A DNA stretch of 63,827 nt, counting the filler, from Reticulomyxa filosa (Eukaryota > Protista > Foraminifera): the NCBI GenBank assembly GCA_000512085.1. It is 13 parts of 13 records of this genome, joined end to end, with 100 filler letters (N's around TTAATTAATTAA, not from the genome) between each part and the next. Parts side by side here need not be neighbours in the genome. Positions count along the whole stretch, not along the records: positions 11,181 to 20,479 come from ASPP01003195.1; positions 20,580 to 22,587 come from ASPP01028033.1; positions 22,688 to 39,760 come from ASPP01005315.1; 10 more parts are not named here. One strand, 5' to 3'. The number at the start of each line of letters is the position of its first letter. Position 1 is the stretch's first letter. Made by a program: the position numbers and the translations under genes. Positions 11,181 through 23,242 of the stretch are shown here, piece after piece. The notes beneath the pieces were generated by a model. It had not been told where the DNA came from, ran no database searches, and saw only the letters and a program-made list of their open reading frames with translations.

Positions 11181-14100
11181 TGGAGGTTGCCAATATTGAG
11201 TTGTCCCCACAGATCATGTTCATTCGCGTGCGTGGACCTTCGGACGAGGTTTTCAAATTCTGCTCGAGAAATGTCCCCACTTTGATCCAAGTCCAAACAA
11301 ACGAATGCACTTATCAATGCATTGACTCGTTTTTGTTCTCTTTTATGTTGCGTTGCCGCTCTTGCCGCTTTGAAGGATGCCTCAAAGCGATTGATCGTCA
11401 TTGGCAAGAATGCATACAACGAAATTAACAAGACGACCAAGAAGAACAGTAAATTCAATGTGGAGATATCCTTTGCTGGATATACCACATTGTTATAGTT
11501 ATCAGACCCGACAATAAATACAAAGCTAGTGATCAGCGCTCGACTAACTTGCTCAAAGTTATCATAGCTTTGTCCTTCATTGAGCGTCCCTGCAAACAGA
11601 TCCATTCCCAACGCAGAGGTCACAAAGACCATACAAAAGCCTAAAAAAAGGACATCTCGAGCTTTGGCAATGCCCCGAGAAACATCAAACAAAGCATTAA
11701 AGAGTTGGGTGTTGCGAACGACCAATAGCAACGGGTGAACAGGAACGTAATACGAAAACGGAGAAACGCGAATGCTGACTGCGCAAATAAACGACAGCAA
11801 CACCAACACGACAAGCAACCCGTGAATCAAAAAGCGAAGTTCCCCTGGCCCAATCAATGCTCTTATCACATGATTTTCGTGATATTTGAACCAAAACATG
11901 GGACGATACCCGTCAAAGCCACTGAGAGATAACTTTTGTAAATCTTGCAAGATTTGTGATGTGGTTTGTTGGTCTCCATTTTTCGTGTGGTGACTTTTGA
12001 AACGAAAATAGCGAATGAAGAATTGCACGGCCAAGTCCAAAATTTCGATGACAATGCAAAAGATGGAAACAGCAACGATCCAGTGTTTCAGGCCATGTTG
12101 CTGCAGCTGCGAAGGGGTGGAAGGTTCCCAGCACGCCAACAAAATATGCAGAGCAATGACAAAGGTGACCAAGGCATCATACCAATTGTGTGAAAACGTT
12201 TCGACGAATTTCACATGAAACCAATCATTGTTCGTTTCCATTTGACATTTTTCAAACATGAACATTTTGCCATGATCTCGATCTTGTAATTCCATGTGTT
12301 GAACTGCACGATTAGATAAAAAGAACTTGGCTTGACTCATAGTTGTCGCCAATGCAATTCCTTCTCGCAATTCTTTTTGTTGCATTTCTTCCTTCCACAC
12401 AGCATTGCAAGCATTCAACACAATCCGCTGTACATCCCGCTTAATATCTTCATACGATCGTTCCACTTTCTGATAGTGCTCATCTTCCTTTTGTTTGGCC
12501 TTGTTGCGAATATGCTCGGACAGCACGGTGAAAAACACTGCCATGAGTGCCATTGTGATCAACATCACCATTTGATCCGAAAAATGCACTGTCATCGAGG
12601 GCAATGACATCAACGAGCAAACGATCCAATCCAAATTGTAATAAAAAAACACACTTTCTTGGTCAATGTGTGTGTCATAATAGCGAATACGACTGGCCGT
12701 GAGTTGCGGAAAATCGAGCGGCAGAGAAATTGTCTTGAGAGAAGAGTTGGAATTGACCGGCAATTGATCGATCCCGTGCACTTGGATAATCTCTTCACTT
12801 GCAATGGAAATATATCGATTGGGATAATTGGTCGACCAATACAAATTCGAAAACGTGGTAAACTCCTCCAATCCCAAATACGTGCCGATACCTTGTTCCG
12901 TTTGAGGATTGAAGATTGGACCATCCGAAGAGGCCACCATGTAATTGCTCACGTCATTCTCAAACACCCACGACGTGGAATTCGGATGCTTCCCGCGTCT
13001 GGTTGTTTCCACGCCTAGCGAATTCATTCCCAAGTAGTGTCCAATGTCCTCGGCAAAAAAAAATATTGTTACTGCCCCTATCCATTCGTTGTTCTTATCT
13101 ACTAAGGCTTTGGACGCGCTCAGTGTAAGGACTGTATCACTGTTGATTTTCACATTACATGTATGATATTTTAAAACGTGTCATAAGTTAAATTGTATAT
13201 ATACATATATATATATATGTATACATATGTAAATGTATAAACGCACACGCGCGCAAATACGCACATACTCTTGCAACACGAGTTTGGTCCACGCGACATC
13301 AGGCACAATGTCTCGAGACTGTTCCTGACTAGAGTTGAAAAATATATCTTGATAAATTTTTCTGGCGCGTTCGCATTCGGCAGTGTTGAGTGGCAGCGAG
13401 GTTTCGTTGAGATAGTTGAGAGTACCGTCGGTGCGTCCGTCGAAGGTGTAATTCATGGCGGCGACGAAATAAGAGCGACAGCGAACATCAAAGCTGTCAT
13501 TGTATCCCTTTTCGGCAGTGAAATAGACGGTGGTGAGATTGTCGTTAATCGAGTTGTAATTGTAGCTAGTAAGGATCATTCCGCCATCGGGGAACATTAA
13601 AAAGATTTCATAGATATCAAACAGACCCGATTTAATTTCGCGAAGGCCGCTTTGCAAAGACAACAAAAAAGGCTCAAAGTCTCTTGGCTTGGTGTAATCA
13701 AAGTCGCCACGACGGATTTTCGCCTCAGTCGAGTCCACTGTGACCTGTACGAGTTGGAACATGCGATACACCTTGCTTTCCATTATCGCGTGCTGCGCGA
13801 ATGTTACGCTCTCTTGCAACCCTGTCAACGACACTGCGTCCGACCAGCATATGCAAATGACCAAGAAGCACACGCACAGCACGATTTGAATCAAGCGAAC
13901 AAACTGGCCAAGCATGGCTATTTGCGCTTGCATTTTCGTCCTCACCGCGTCGAATCGCCGCTTTTGTGGGCTGATTTCCGTTTTCCGCAGACTGTTGTCG
14001 TCGTTGTCACTGCTCACATACTTATCCCGGCTTGATAATGGCGATACGTTAGCACACCAAACACAAGCAAGCACGACGTGACAATCGCCACAAAAATGCC

Positions 14101-15439
14101 GACCCTGGCCATTGATATCTCAAATAAGTCGGAATTTTTGATTATCACAATTGTTTATATATAAATAAATAAATATGTATGTACATATGTATACGTATAC
14201 GTATATACATACATATATGTATATGTTCATGCTTAATGTAAAGCAAAGGGGGGGGGGGGGGAAAAAAAAAAAAGAAAAAAAAAAAAAAAAAACCGGCCCA
14301 GAGATCATCCGCTGTGAAGTTGCTGTAAGAAAAATGTGGAACAAACGTGACGGGGACAGTGGCATGGAACTGACGAGTGGACATGGAATAGGTGCTGCCG
14401 TCAAGGTAATCGAAGAAGGAAAATCCGGGGACGGGTTTGAAGAAGTTGCGAAGCGAGTGGACGAACAAAGATTGATCAACAGGTGGATATTGCATCCAAA
14501 TATGATTGTTTGCGTCGACAATGTACCAGGAGCTTTTTTCGGTGACGGACAGCTGCTGCAATGTGTGTTCGGTGGGGAGTTGGAAATCGACGACGAATAC
14601 GTACGCAGTATCGCCACTGAGATTGGTGGCCAAGTGATACACTAGACTGGTGCCTACGACGACTTCCTCGTCGCTGGTGGTGGATTGTAATGAATACGGC
14701 GACGTCCATTGTGGGTTGTTGCTTTGCTCGGAACGAGTGTCTACGTACCATTGACTTTCATTGATAGAAAAAGGATGACACATGACCTTATCATACGACA
14801 ACGCGACGAGACGCGTGTCAGTGGTATCATTGATCGGTAACACGTAGTAGCAACGACGGGTGAAATTGTATACGACAATCTCAAAACAGGCTTGCACGAC
14901 AGCATCACACGGAACGATGCGCTTACTCCTTACCATTATGCTCGTGTTTTGATTATACACGCCCACAGCGAAAATATCTTCCGCGTTTCGGAAACGCCGA
15001 AATTGCAACAGAAAGGCGTCCGACGACCCGTTTGTATCGTTGGTCAAATCCGCTTGCAAGTCGCCCGTGTACAACCCGCCCACTGTCAATTGCAGGAACT
15101 GGTTGGGAACACTCAGGAATCGCGTCAGCACATTCACCACGTGCGTCGAGCTCACGTTGTGCGCGGGCTTCAGCGTCCGTTCGATCTCGCCGAGGCCACG
15201 GTATGACATGTACAAACTCGAAAATAGCGACCCGGCCATCAATGCGACGAACAGTAGCACGTACACGAGCGCATACAACATACGAATTTCCAGGTCGAAG
15301 CTTTTCAATTTGGTTTTTTTCTGTGTCTTTCGAGTCTTGTTTTCTTTTGATACTTGATCCGTCGTATATTTGGTCAACACATAGAACGCTGTCCCTCTAT
15401 CTTCAAACATAAGGGTCATTTTTTCATTCTTATCATTGC

Positions 15440-15470
<31 letters not shown>

Positions 15471-18022
15471 GTCATTGTTATTATTGTGGTTATATGGCTT
15501 TATCCATTGCTGATTCATCATTTGCTGAGCCAAGCGCACACATTTCATACGGGATGTTCGAGTTTCATTCAGCAGCCAATCCACAATTTCTATTGCGTGC
15601 ACGTGCACGTGCGCATGTAAACATGTGTGTTCATGACTTGCAGTCACAAAAAAAAAAAAATTGCAAAATATACATGTATATGTGTATATGTACATATATG
15701 TATATATATGTACATAAAGACCTTTTCCTGACAAACACTGATCATATGTCTCATAGAAATACGTATAGTTTCTTCAATGGAATGGACTCGTGCATGGTGC
15801 TGGCCAAGTCGTGGAGTCGGGTCGGCGTGAGTGGATCGCTCTTGTCTTCCGACGCGTGCACATCGTCGATGAGGTATCCAGGGAAGTGACGAATGAATCG
15901 ATCTTGGATGGATTCGTTCGAACACAAAAAAGCCAAAATGTTGTCGATTTTGTCAAAGAACACGCCGTCGTCTTTCCAAAATTGCAAAGGGCCAAACTCC
16001 CATCCAAGTCGCAACATTCGAATCACCTTGGCCACTTCCAGCAGCTCGGGTTTATCCGTTGCATCTTTGTCCAATTGGACCCACGTGTTTTGATATACCC
16101 TTTCAAAGTGTGACTTTACCGCAAAGTCCTTCACGTGTCGTGCAATGTTCTTGCAGTAGTCTTGGCGTTTGCTCTGTGTATCGTATGTTGTCATTTCGTC
16201 TTTGCTTTCATTGTTATCATTTTCGCTTTCACTTTCATGTTCATGTTCATGTTCATTCTCCTTACCATTGCCATTTTGTGTTTCTTTTGCATTTTCACTT
16301 TGCGTAGATTTGTCTCTGCGTTTGCTCTCCGCTTTATCGCCAAACACGATTTCGAATATGTGCGAGTCTTTCAATAGTAACAACTCCGCCCCTGAAATTT
16401 TCAGTTTCCCAAACTTCCTGGCAACATACGCGTATCCACAAGATTGCAAAAACGTCACTACTTGAGGATACTCTATCATATTTGTATATATGTAATATGA
16501 TAGGAGTAATATATAATGAAACAACCAAATAACATTTTCATTCCTCAATCACTTTTCTTGCACAATCCAATACATATGCATATATGACATAGTGTTCATA
16601 GGATTGAGTGTTTTTACTTGTTGTCATTATTTTTGTTTTTGTTTTTTTGTTTCGGTATGTGTAAAATGTATGTAAACAACACACTGACCCCATTCGACCA
16701 TAAGCAAGTTCGTGGCGAGGGTATCTTGACCGCTGACAATTTGCTCAATCACTTTGCGACACTTGTGTTGATCGTGGTAGTCGTACTGCTGTCTTTGGAA
16801 AAACCATTTGCGAAAGTCGTTCTTCGTGCGGCATTCCAACAGTTGCTGTGCCACCTCAAATCGTTGGTCCACTTTTGTGTAGTCATGCGACACTGTGCTC
16901 CAGCGACTCAGGCCAGTCCGTCCGCCTTCCATTTTGTTCACGTCATCCTTTTCGCTACTCGTCGATGCTTGTTGCTTTCGCATTTGCTTTGACACTTTCA
17001 TTTCTTCAATCTTTTGGTATTTATTTGTATATGCATATATATATGTGTATACGTACACACATACAACTTAACACTAAATTAGTTAATACGTAAAATGTAA
17101 GAGTATTTCTTTTTTTTTTTATGCATGTTTTCTTTTTTCCTAAAAAAAAAATTTTTTAAAAAGTGTACGTATTTTTCAAAAAAAAAAAAAAACAATGAAC
17201 ATAGATACGTAAAAAAAAAAAAAAATCCAAATTCTTAACAAATAAATATCTAGTTTCTTTAACCCAATCCTCAAAGACATCCCACTCGCTGTTGTTGTGT
17301 GTCCTCTCGCCATTGTTCCATCTGTCTTTACATCCTGCAAACTATCTCGAAATGCTTTGTTTTGCGACTCGATGCTTGCTTCATTCCCTTGCTTTTTTTG
17401 TCGGCTGAATTGTATTAGTTTTGTCACTGACTCCCTTACTGCCTTTACTTTGTTCGTCCATTCACTTTCCATTTTTTTTTTTTTTTTTTTGAACAGAAAA
17501 GACAAAAGGTTAGAGTGAAACAAAAAAATTATATAATTTTTTCGCTTCTTCAGTTTAGTACCTGTCCAGTTGATCGATTTGTTGGGGGTCGATTTTATTC
17601 CTTTTTCCAAGTAATATATGCATTCGTTCCTGTATTTTCTCTTGCGGCCATTCCTCGGTTGACAATGTGGCATTAACTAGTCCCACCATCTCTTGCTTCG
17701 TGTCCATGGCTTCTTTTTCTTGGGGCTCGTCCCTCTTTTCTTCTTTTTCTTTTTCGTTGATACATGGTATGTCGTCTTGTGTACTGTGACATAACAACAA
17801 TAGGATCTTGCAAAGAGGGAAACTTTTTCTCTCCCTCACCCTTTTTTTTCATTTGCTCCCCCCCTCAAAACTAAACAACAAAAACACCAGAGCGTCCACC
17901 AGTTGATAATAGGAGAAGATCTCGTTTTCTTCTGCTGTCTCTGATAACTCTCCTGACGCTTTCACTTCTGTGATTTCTTTTATTGTTAGGCCCAATTGCA
18001 CCTCTGTTGAATTGGTCGACAT
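11181..18022 (-). CDS. Multi-exon SAM-DEP-(TM-dCache-like-TM)x2-TPC-like channel (gene B, 3' truncated)
   Basis: Putative ATG 18022 (MSTNSTEVQ). Spliced SAM VEW|EYPQVVTFLQSCGYAYVARKFGKLKISGAELLLL; spliced DEP CLSGK|EIVDWLL...CVRLAQQMMNQQWI...FEDRGTAFY. Two sequon-rich domains between TM helices with QWY...PQWTSPY...VFVVD and VAWTK...LSASKALVDKNNEWIGAV. Channel repeat LACWEP...NFEQVSRALITSFVFIVGSDNYNNVVYP; EF-hand DLDQSGDISRAEF. A single gene needs three 1-nt homopolymer corrections (~17328, ~15758, ~14028) and one AA acceptor (14151-14152). Confidence 0.7.
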
Positions 18023-18303
18023 CCTTCGCCAACTGGATACTACTCTTCCAGGGCCTGCACGTTTGCAAAAAAAAAAAAGTACTAAAAACTTGTCACTCTT
18101 TAAATACTTGACACAATTTCTTTAATTTTATTTGAACAAACTTTCAATTAAAGCTCATCATGATTTTGGACCTGTTGCAGAATGAATTATCTTTATTTTT
18201 TAAATTACAAACAAAAAGTTTCAATCAAATTATTGTGCAACATGCTTACTTCTGCAAGTTTTCAAATAACATTACAATCAGAATATTTGAAAATGCAAAA
18301 ATG

Positions 18304-19800
18304 TTAATGTTCGACAGATTTCTCTTCAGTTAATATTTCTTCTTCATCATCAAAATCAACAACAACATCTTGTTTATCTTGATAGGAAAGAATCATGTCA
18401 CGAACATTTTGATTACAACTAAAGAATTCCATTTCGTCCATCCCTTCACTTGTGTACCAATGTAAAAATGCTTTTCGTTTGAGCATACGATCAAAAGAGT
18501 CTGAAATTCTTTGAAACACAGCCTTAATAGAAGTAGTATTTGCTATAAAGGTTCCACTTAAATAAGTATTTTTTGCTGGGACTGAAACAATTGCCATTTT
18601 AATATTATCAGGAATCCAGTTTACAAAATCTTCAGCCATTTTTTCGGAAATACATCGTAAAGGATTTTCTTCAGGCATTTGAAAACTTTCACCACGATAA
18701 ATTAAAGCTGCACCCAAATATTTTCCGTCTCTAACAGCTACATTTGCCATACAGGTTTGAGAAGACCACATTTGATCAGTAATTTCTCGAAATGATAATT
18801 TTGCTTTTGTTTTTTCTCCAAATGCAAATAAAGGAGCTTGAGTAACTAATAAAAAATGCAGACGAGGAAATGGAACCAAATTCATTGCCATTTTCCTTAA
18901 ATCATTATTTAATTTGACAGGAAATCTATATTAATGAAATGTAAATATTTTTTTTTTTTATAATTAAATAAATAATTTTTTTTAACCGTAATGAAGATGT
19001 AATTCCTGCCATTACTGATGAAGCAATCCAATTTAATTCTTTGTATTTTAATTGTGATTGTTTCAATACCTTGTATGAAATATTGTATAGCGCGTCATTA
19101 TCTATTACAAAACATTCATTGCAATTATCAATAATTCTATCAATAGTCAATATCGTATTGTATGGTTCAACAGCTACATTATTTGCTTTTAGACTTGGAC
19201 ATACGCTATACGTGGCTATAATATTATCCGAAAATTTGTCTCGAATTTGATGTAGTAATAATGATCCTAAACCACTTCCTGTACCACCACCTAATGAGTG
19301 AGTTATTTGAAATCCTTGAAGGGCATCACATAACTAAATTTTTTGTTTATTTATATTCAACATATGTACAATTATAGATCCTTTTTTTCTTTCTTTAAAA
19401 CTTCGGCTTCTTTTCTGATGACTTCCATACATTCTTCAATCACTTGATCTCCTTCTGTATAATATCCTTTTCCCCAATTACTTGCTGCTCCTCCTGTTCC
19501 AGAAATAAAATTATCTAATTTAAACATTCTTCCTGTTGGTGCTGTTTTTATCAAATCTATTATCCCTGGTTCCAAATCAATCAATATCGATCGAGGTATG
19601 TATTGATTAATTGCTTTCTCATTTTGTCTGAAATACACACCAATCTTGTCCAAAAGTATTTGATCATTAGATTTGTTTGGACTTGAAACAAAGGTGCCAT
19701 CTTCAAGTAAATGATGCTCTTTGCAAACTGTCTCCCAAAACATAGCACCAATTAGATTACCACATTCACCTACTTGCATATGAAGTATTTCACGCACCAT
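18304..19800 (-). CDS. Highly divergent beta-tubulin (foraminiferan type-2-like)
   Basis: MVREILHMQVGECGN, ILIDLEPG, HSLGGGTGSG, VEPYN, DLRKMAMNLVPFPRLHF, KAFLHWYTSEGMDEMEF. Exons 19800-19402, 19333-18987, 18925-18304 with GT-AG introns. Confidence 0.95.
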
Positions 19801-20479
19801 TTTTCTTTCAATTCGAATGAAGAGTTAATGTCAAAACCCTTCAATTGAAGATACCTTCAACAAAAAGACCAAACAAAAAGGGGGGTTTTAAAGCAAAAAC
19901 ACAGGACACTGGCAGAAGCAAGTGAATAACGGATTACAATGAGCACTTGCTCTCCAAAATGACCAAAATTACAAAAAAGGAGAACCAACAAATAAAATCA
20001 AAAAAATATATCCACAGTTTAACTACGACCACATAACAATTTGTGCCTATTCGGATTAAATCATCCAGATTACAATCTTTGGGAATGTAAAAAATAGCAA
20101 ATGTGTTATCACTTTAGAATCTTTCCAAAAAAAAAAGACTATGATCTACCTTTTTCATTTTATTTCGTATCTGAAAAAGGTGTCCCCAAACAAGGTTGTT
20201 CAATTGTGTTTTCCAAAGTGCGGACATTTCAATGAAGTAAATCAAATATCGAATACATTATCAATACTGTCGTTTGGCTTCAATTTAATGATGCACTCAG
20301 AAGTAACAAATCACCTTAAAAAAAAATTGAAATTAAACCTCTCCGTCAACAGCTCTTCGATTCTTTGCCTTATACGGCAAATTACGCATATGGACAATTT
20401 CCAACAAATCTTTGTTGTTCGAAATTTGCTTCGCAACGTCCAGTGCAACTACGAGACACTCTTCAGCGACCATGTTTTG

Positions 20480-20579
20480 NNNNNNNNNNNNNNNNNNNNN
20501 NNNNNNNNNNNNNNNNNNNNNNNTTAATTAATTAANNNNNNNNNNNNNNNNNNNNNNNNNNNNNNNNNNNNNNNNNNNN
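20480..20579. other. Artificial contig spacer
   Basis: N44-TTAATTAATTAA-N44. Confidence 0.98.
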
Positions 20580-22587
20580 CATCTTCCAGTTGAGTCTCTT
20601 CTTGTCCTTTTGTCGGCAGTATCGTGCCCACTTGGAAAATGTCTGATATTTTTTTGCCATTTGAAAATTGCGACAAGCGATGGGACATTTTTCGTGAGAT
20701 CACGTGTCCATGTTCCACTGCCACATGGCTGGATCGTCTGCTCTCCCACTTCTTCTCGTCCAAGTCGTAATACGCCTGGATCGCAAAGTAGTCTTCCTCA
20801 GGGGCCGTTGTTATCGACGATCCGTCGTCGTCATCTTGTTGGTCGTCCTCACGGAACATTGTGTTCAATCCAAACGACGGCGCTCGAATCAGATTTTTTT
20901 CCTTTGCATTTTGCTTTCATTTGTGTGCATTTGTATGCATTTGTATGCATTTTGCATATATGAATACGTTAATATGTATATATCATATAAATGTATAACA
21001 AACTTGATTGGTCTGTCTCTGTGCAGTGGTGGCAGGGAATAAGGCATTGACGGCTGCGGTGTCTACGAACAACTCGTTGATGCCACTAAAGGAAGTTTCA
21101 TGTTTTGCATGACCCGAAGCAGCAAATGTGTGTGGAGGCGAGTATTGGAACGAATCGGTGACGGTGATGATGGAGGAGTCTTGCGGAGTCTGTCCAGATT
21201 GAATTATCTGATTGGATTGATTAGATAGATTAGATGGATTAGATGGAATGGGTTGGATAAGTTGAGTAGGCTTGATAGTTGTAAACAGCTGTGCCACTCC
21301 AGAATACAATGGAGTGCCACCAACAGGTGCATTCTCATTGCCTTGTATGGAATTTGACTGGAGTTGCTGAATAGGAGTAGCCGTAGGAGTTTGTCCGACT
21401 TTGCTCGAGTTCGTCTCCGACGTGAAGAGTGAGTTCACTCCGCCAAAAGAACTGTTTCTCGCATGCACGGCTTCATTGCTTTGATTTGGACGAGTGGAAT
21501 CCGTGGTAGGCGTTTGTGTTTGACTTGTTTTGAAGAGCATGTCAATTCCGTCAATGGAATTCGTGGTGGCATGTTGCGTGTGATTGGTTGTGGTGATATT
21601 GGATTGGGCCTTTTCGGAAGCAAAGAGTTCTCCCACTCCGCTGTACGAGAGCTTTCTTGCATGTTCGACGACGTCGGCAAATTTGGAGGTTGAAGATGGT
21701 GTATTTATCCCTGTCCCCTCCTCCTTCTCCAAAAAGGACACGGGCTGACGCAGTTGTGTCAATTGAGAAAGCATAGGCGCGAGTCGTGAGTTCGGACCTA
21801 GTTGGTATTGAGTTTCATAGCGCTCGATCTCGAGTAACACGAATTGAAAGATCTCCGCCATGCGCTCCCAATCTCTTTGGCATTCCAAAAGTGTTGTTTT
21901 GTACTTGTCATTCGCTTTGGACAATTGTGCCTCCAGTTTTTCTATTGTATCTTCTTTCGATTGCAGTTTCTCATTCATTTGTCCAATTTGACGTTGTAGT
22001 TTTTGAATTTCATCTTGATAGCGCTTTTCAATACAAATATAAAATTAAACATATTGTTTGTTTGGAAAAAAAAAAAAAAAGAAAGAATAGAAATGACGCA
22101 ACAGCTTCTTCCAAAGATAATTTGGCGGCAACCTCCATTTCAATTTCGGTAGGTAGTTTGATGTGAGATTTGGGATTGGAAATGGTGTCCTGACTGACAG
22201 GCGGCACATGAGACACTCCGATAGTTCCTCCGGTTGGGTTGATCGAAGGCAATGAAGATCGCACATCAGATGTGATGGGAGATCGGTTGGTTTCTGGTAG
22301 CGAGTGAACACTGTCACTGCTTCCAAACATGCTTCGAACATTGCCAACCGATATGTGCTTTTCATGTCGTGTGGGCGCCTTCTCTTCTGTCGCCTTCTCT
22401 TCTTCTTCGTCTCTTGTCTCCTCTTCCTCTTCTTCCTCCTCTTCTTCTTCTTCTTCTTCTTCTTCTTCTTCTGCATTTGTGTTATCTTGTGGAGTTTCGT
22501 CTTTCAATTCTGTCGATGCTCTCTTTCCACTATTGTTTTGTCTCATTTCCTCTTCCTCATCTTGGCCTGCTTCTTCTTCTTCTTCTT
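20580..22587 (-). CDS. Internal fragment of a disordered/coiled-coil protein with a repeated short motif
   Basis: ORFs 22028-22546, 20983-21978 and 20524-20868 separated by intron-like gaps; poly-Glu, a coiled coil, and repeated SxxG[VI]xx[LM]F motif. Confidence 0.7.
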
Positions 22588-22687
22588 NNNNNNNNNNNNN
22601 NNNNNNNNNNNNNNNNNNNNNNNNNNNNNNNTTAATTAATTAANNNNNNNNNNNNNNNNNNNNNNNNNNNNNNNNNNNNNNNNNNNN
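22588..22687. other. Artificial contig spacer
   Basis: N44-TTAATTAATTAA-N44. Confidence 0.98.
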
Positions 22688-23242
22688 ATTATATTATTAT
22701 ATATATGTATATATATTATATCAAAATTATATATATCATATATTTCATACGTTGTTACATCATCATTATGACGTAAAAAATGTCTTTGCGTATTCTCTGC
22801 AACATTATATACTACACCTGCTGCTGCCATAAAATATATTAACTATACATTTATTTATTATTATTATTATTTTTTTTTTTATTTATAAAAAAATTTACAC
22901 TTAACATTTCCATCTTTTGCAATCAAATGTTGCTTGTAACGATAATACTTATTTGATAATGCTCCTCCATTAAAACCATATATATGTTCTAATTCTAATT
23001 TTGATTTTGGTTTTTCTTTTGCTTCTTCTTCACTTGGATAACCTTTACTTGGCTTATAATATATTATTTTTCCTTTTCCAAACGTATAATCGCCTCGTCT
23101 ACATTTTTTTTTTTTCCGATTTTCCGTTGTTATTTATTTTTTTACTACTTTCATTTTTTTTTTTACTTTCTCTTTCAAAAAAAAAAAAACAACACCTTGT
23201 CTGATCCGTTGCAAACAATGAGTCACTTTTCTCTTCTGCCAT
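22688..23242 (-). CDS. Echinoderm microtubule-associated protein-like (HELP domain), 5' part
   Basis: ATG 23242 (MAEEKSD); KPKSKLELEHIYGFNG is a HELP motif; IYFMAAAGVVYNVAENTQRHFLRHNDDVT. Small exons; truncated at spacer. Confidence 0.85.

Noticed and set aside
2897-18022. Genes A and B as a physically linked channel cluster, or as halves of one four-repeat channel
   Set aside because: Two spacers lie between them, they are on opposite strands, and gene A is already a complete two-repeat channel with its own stop.
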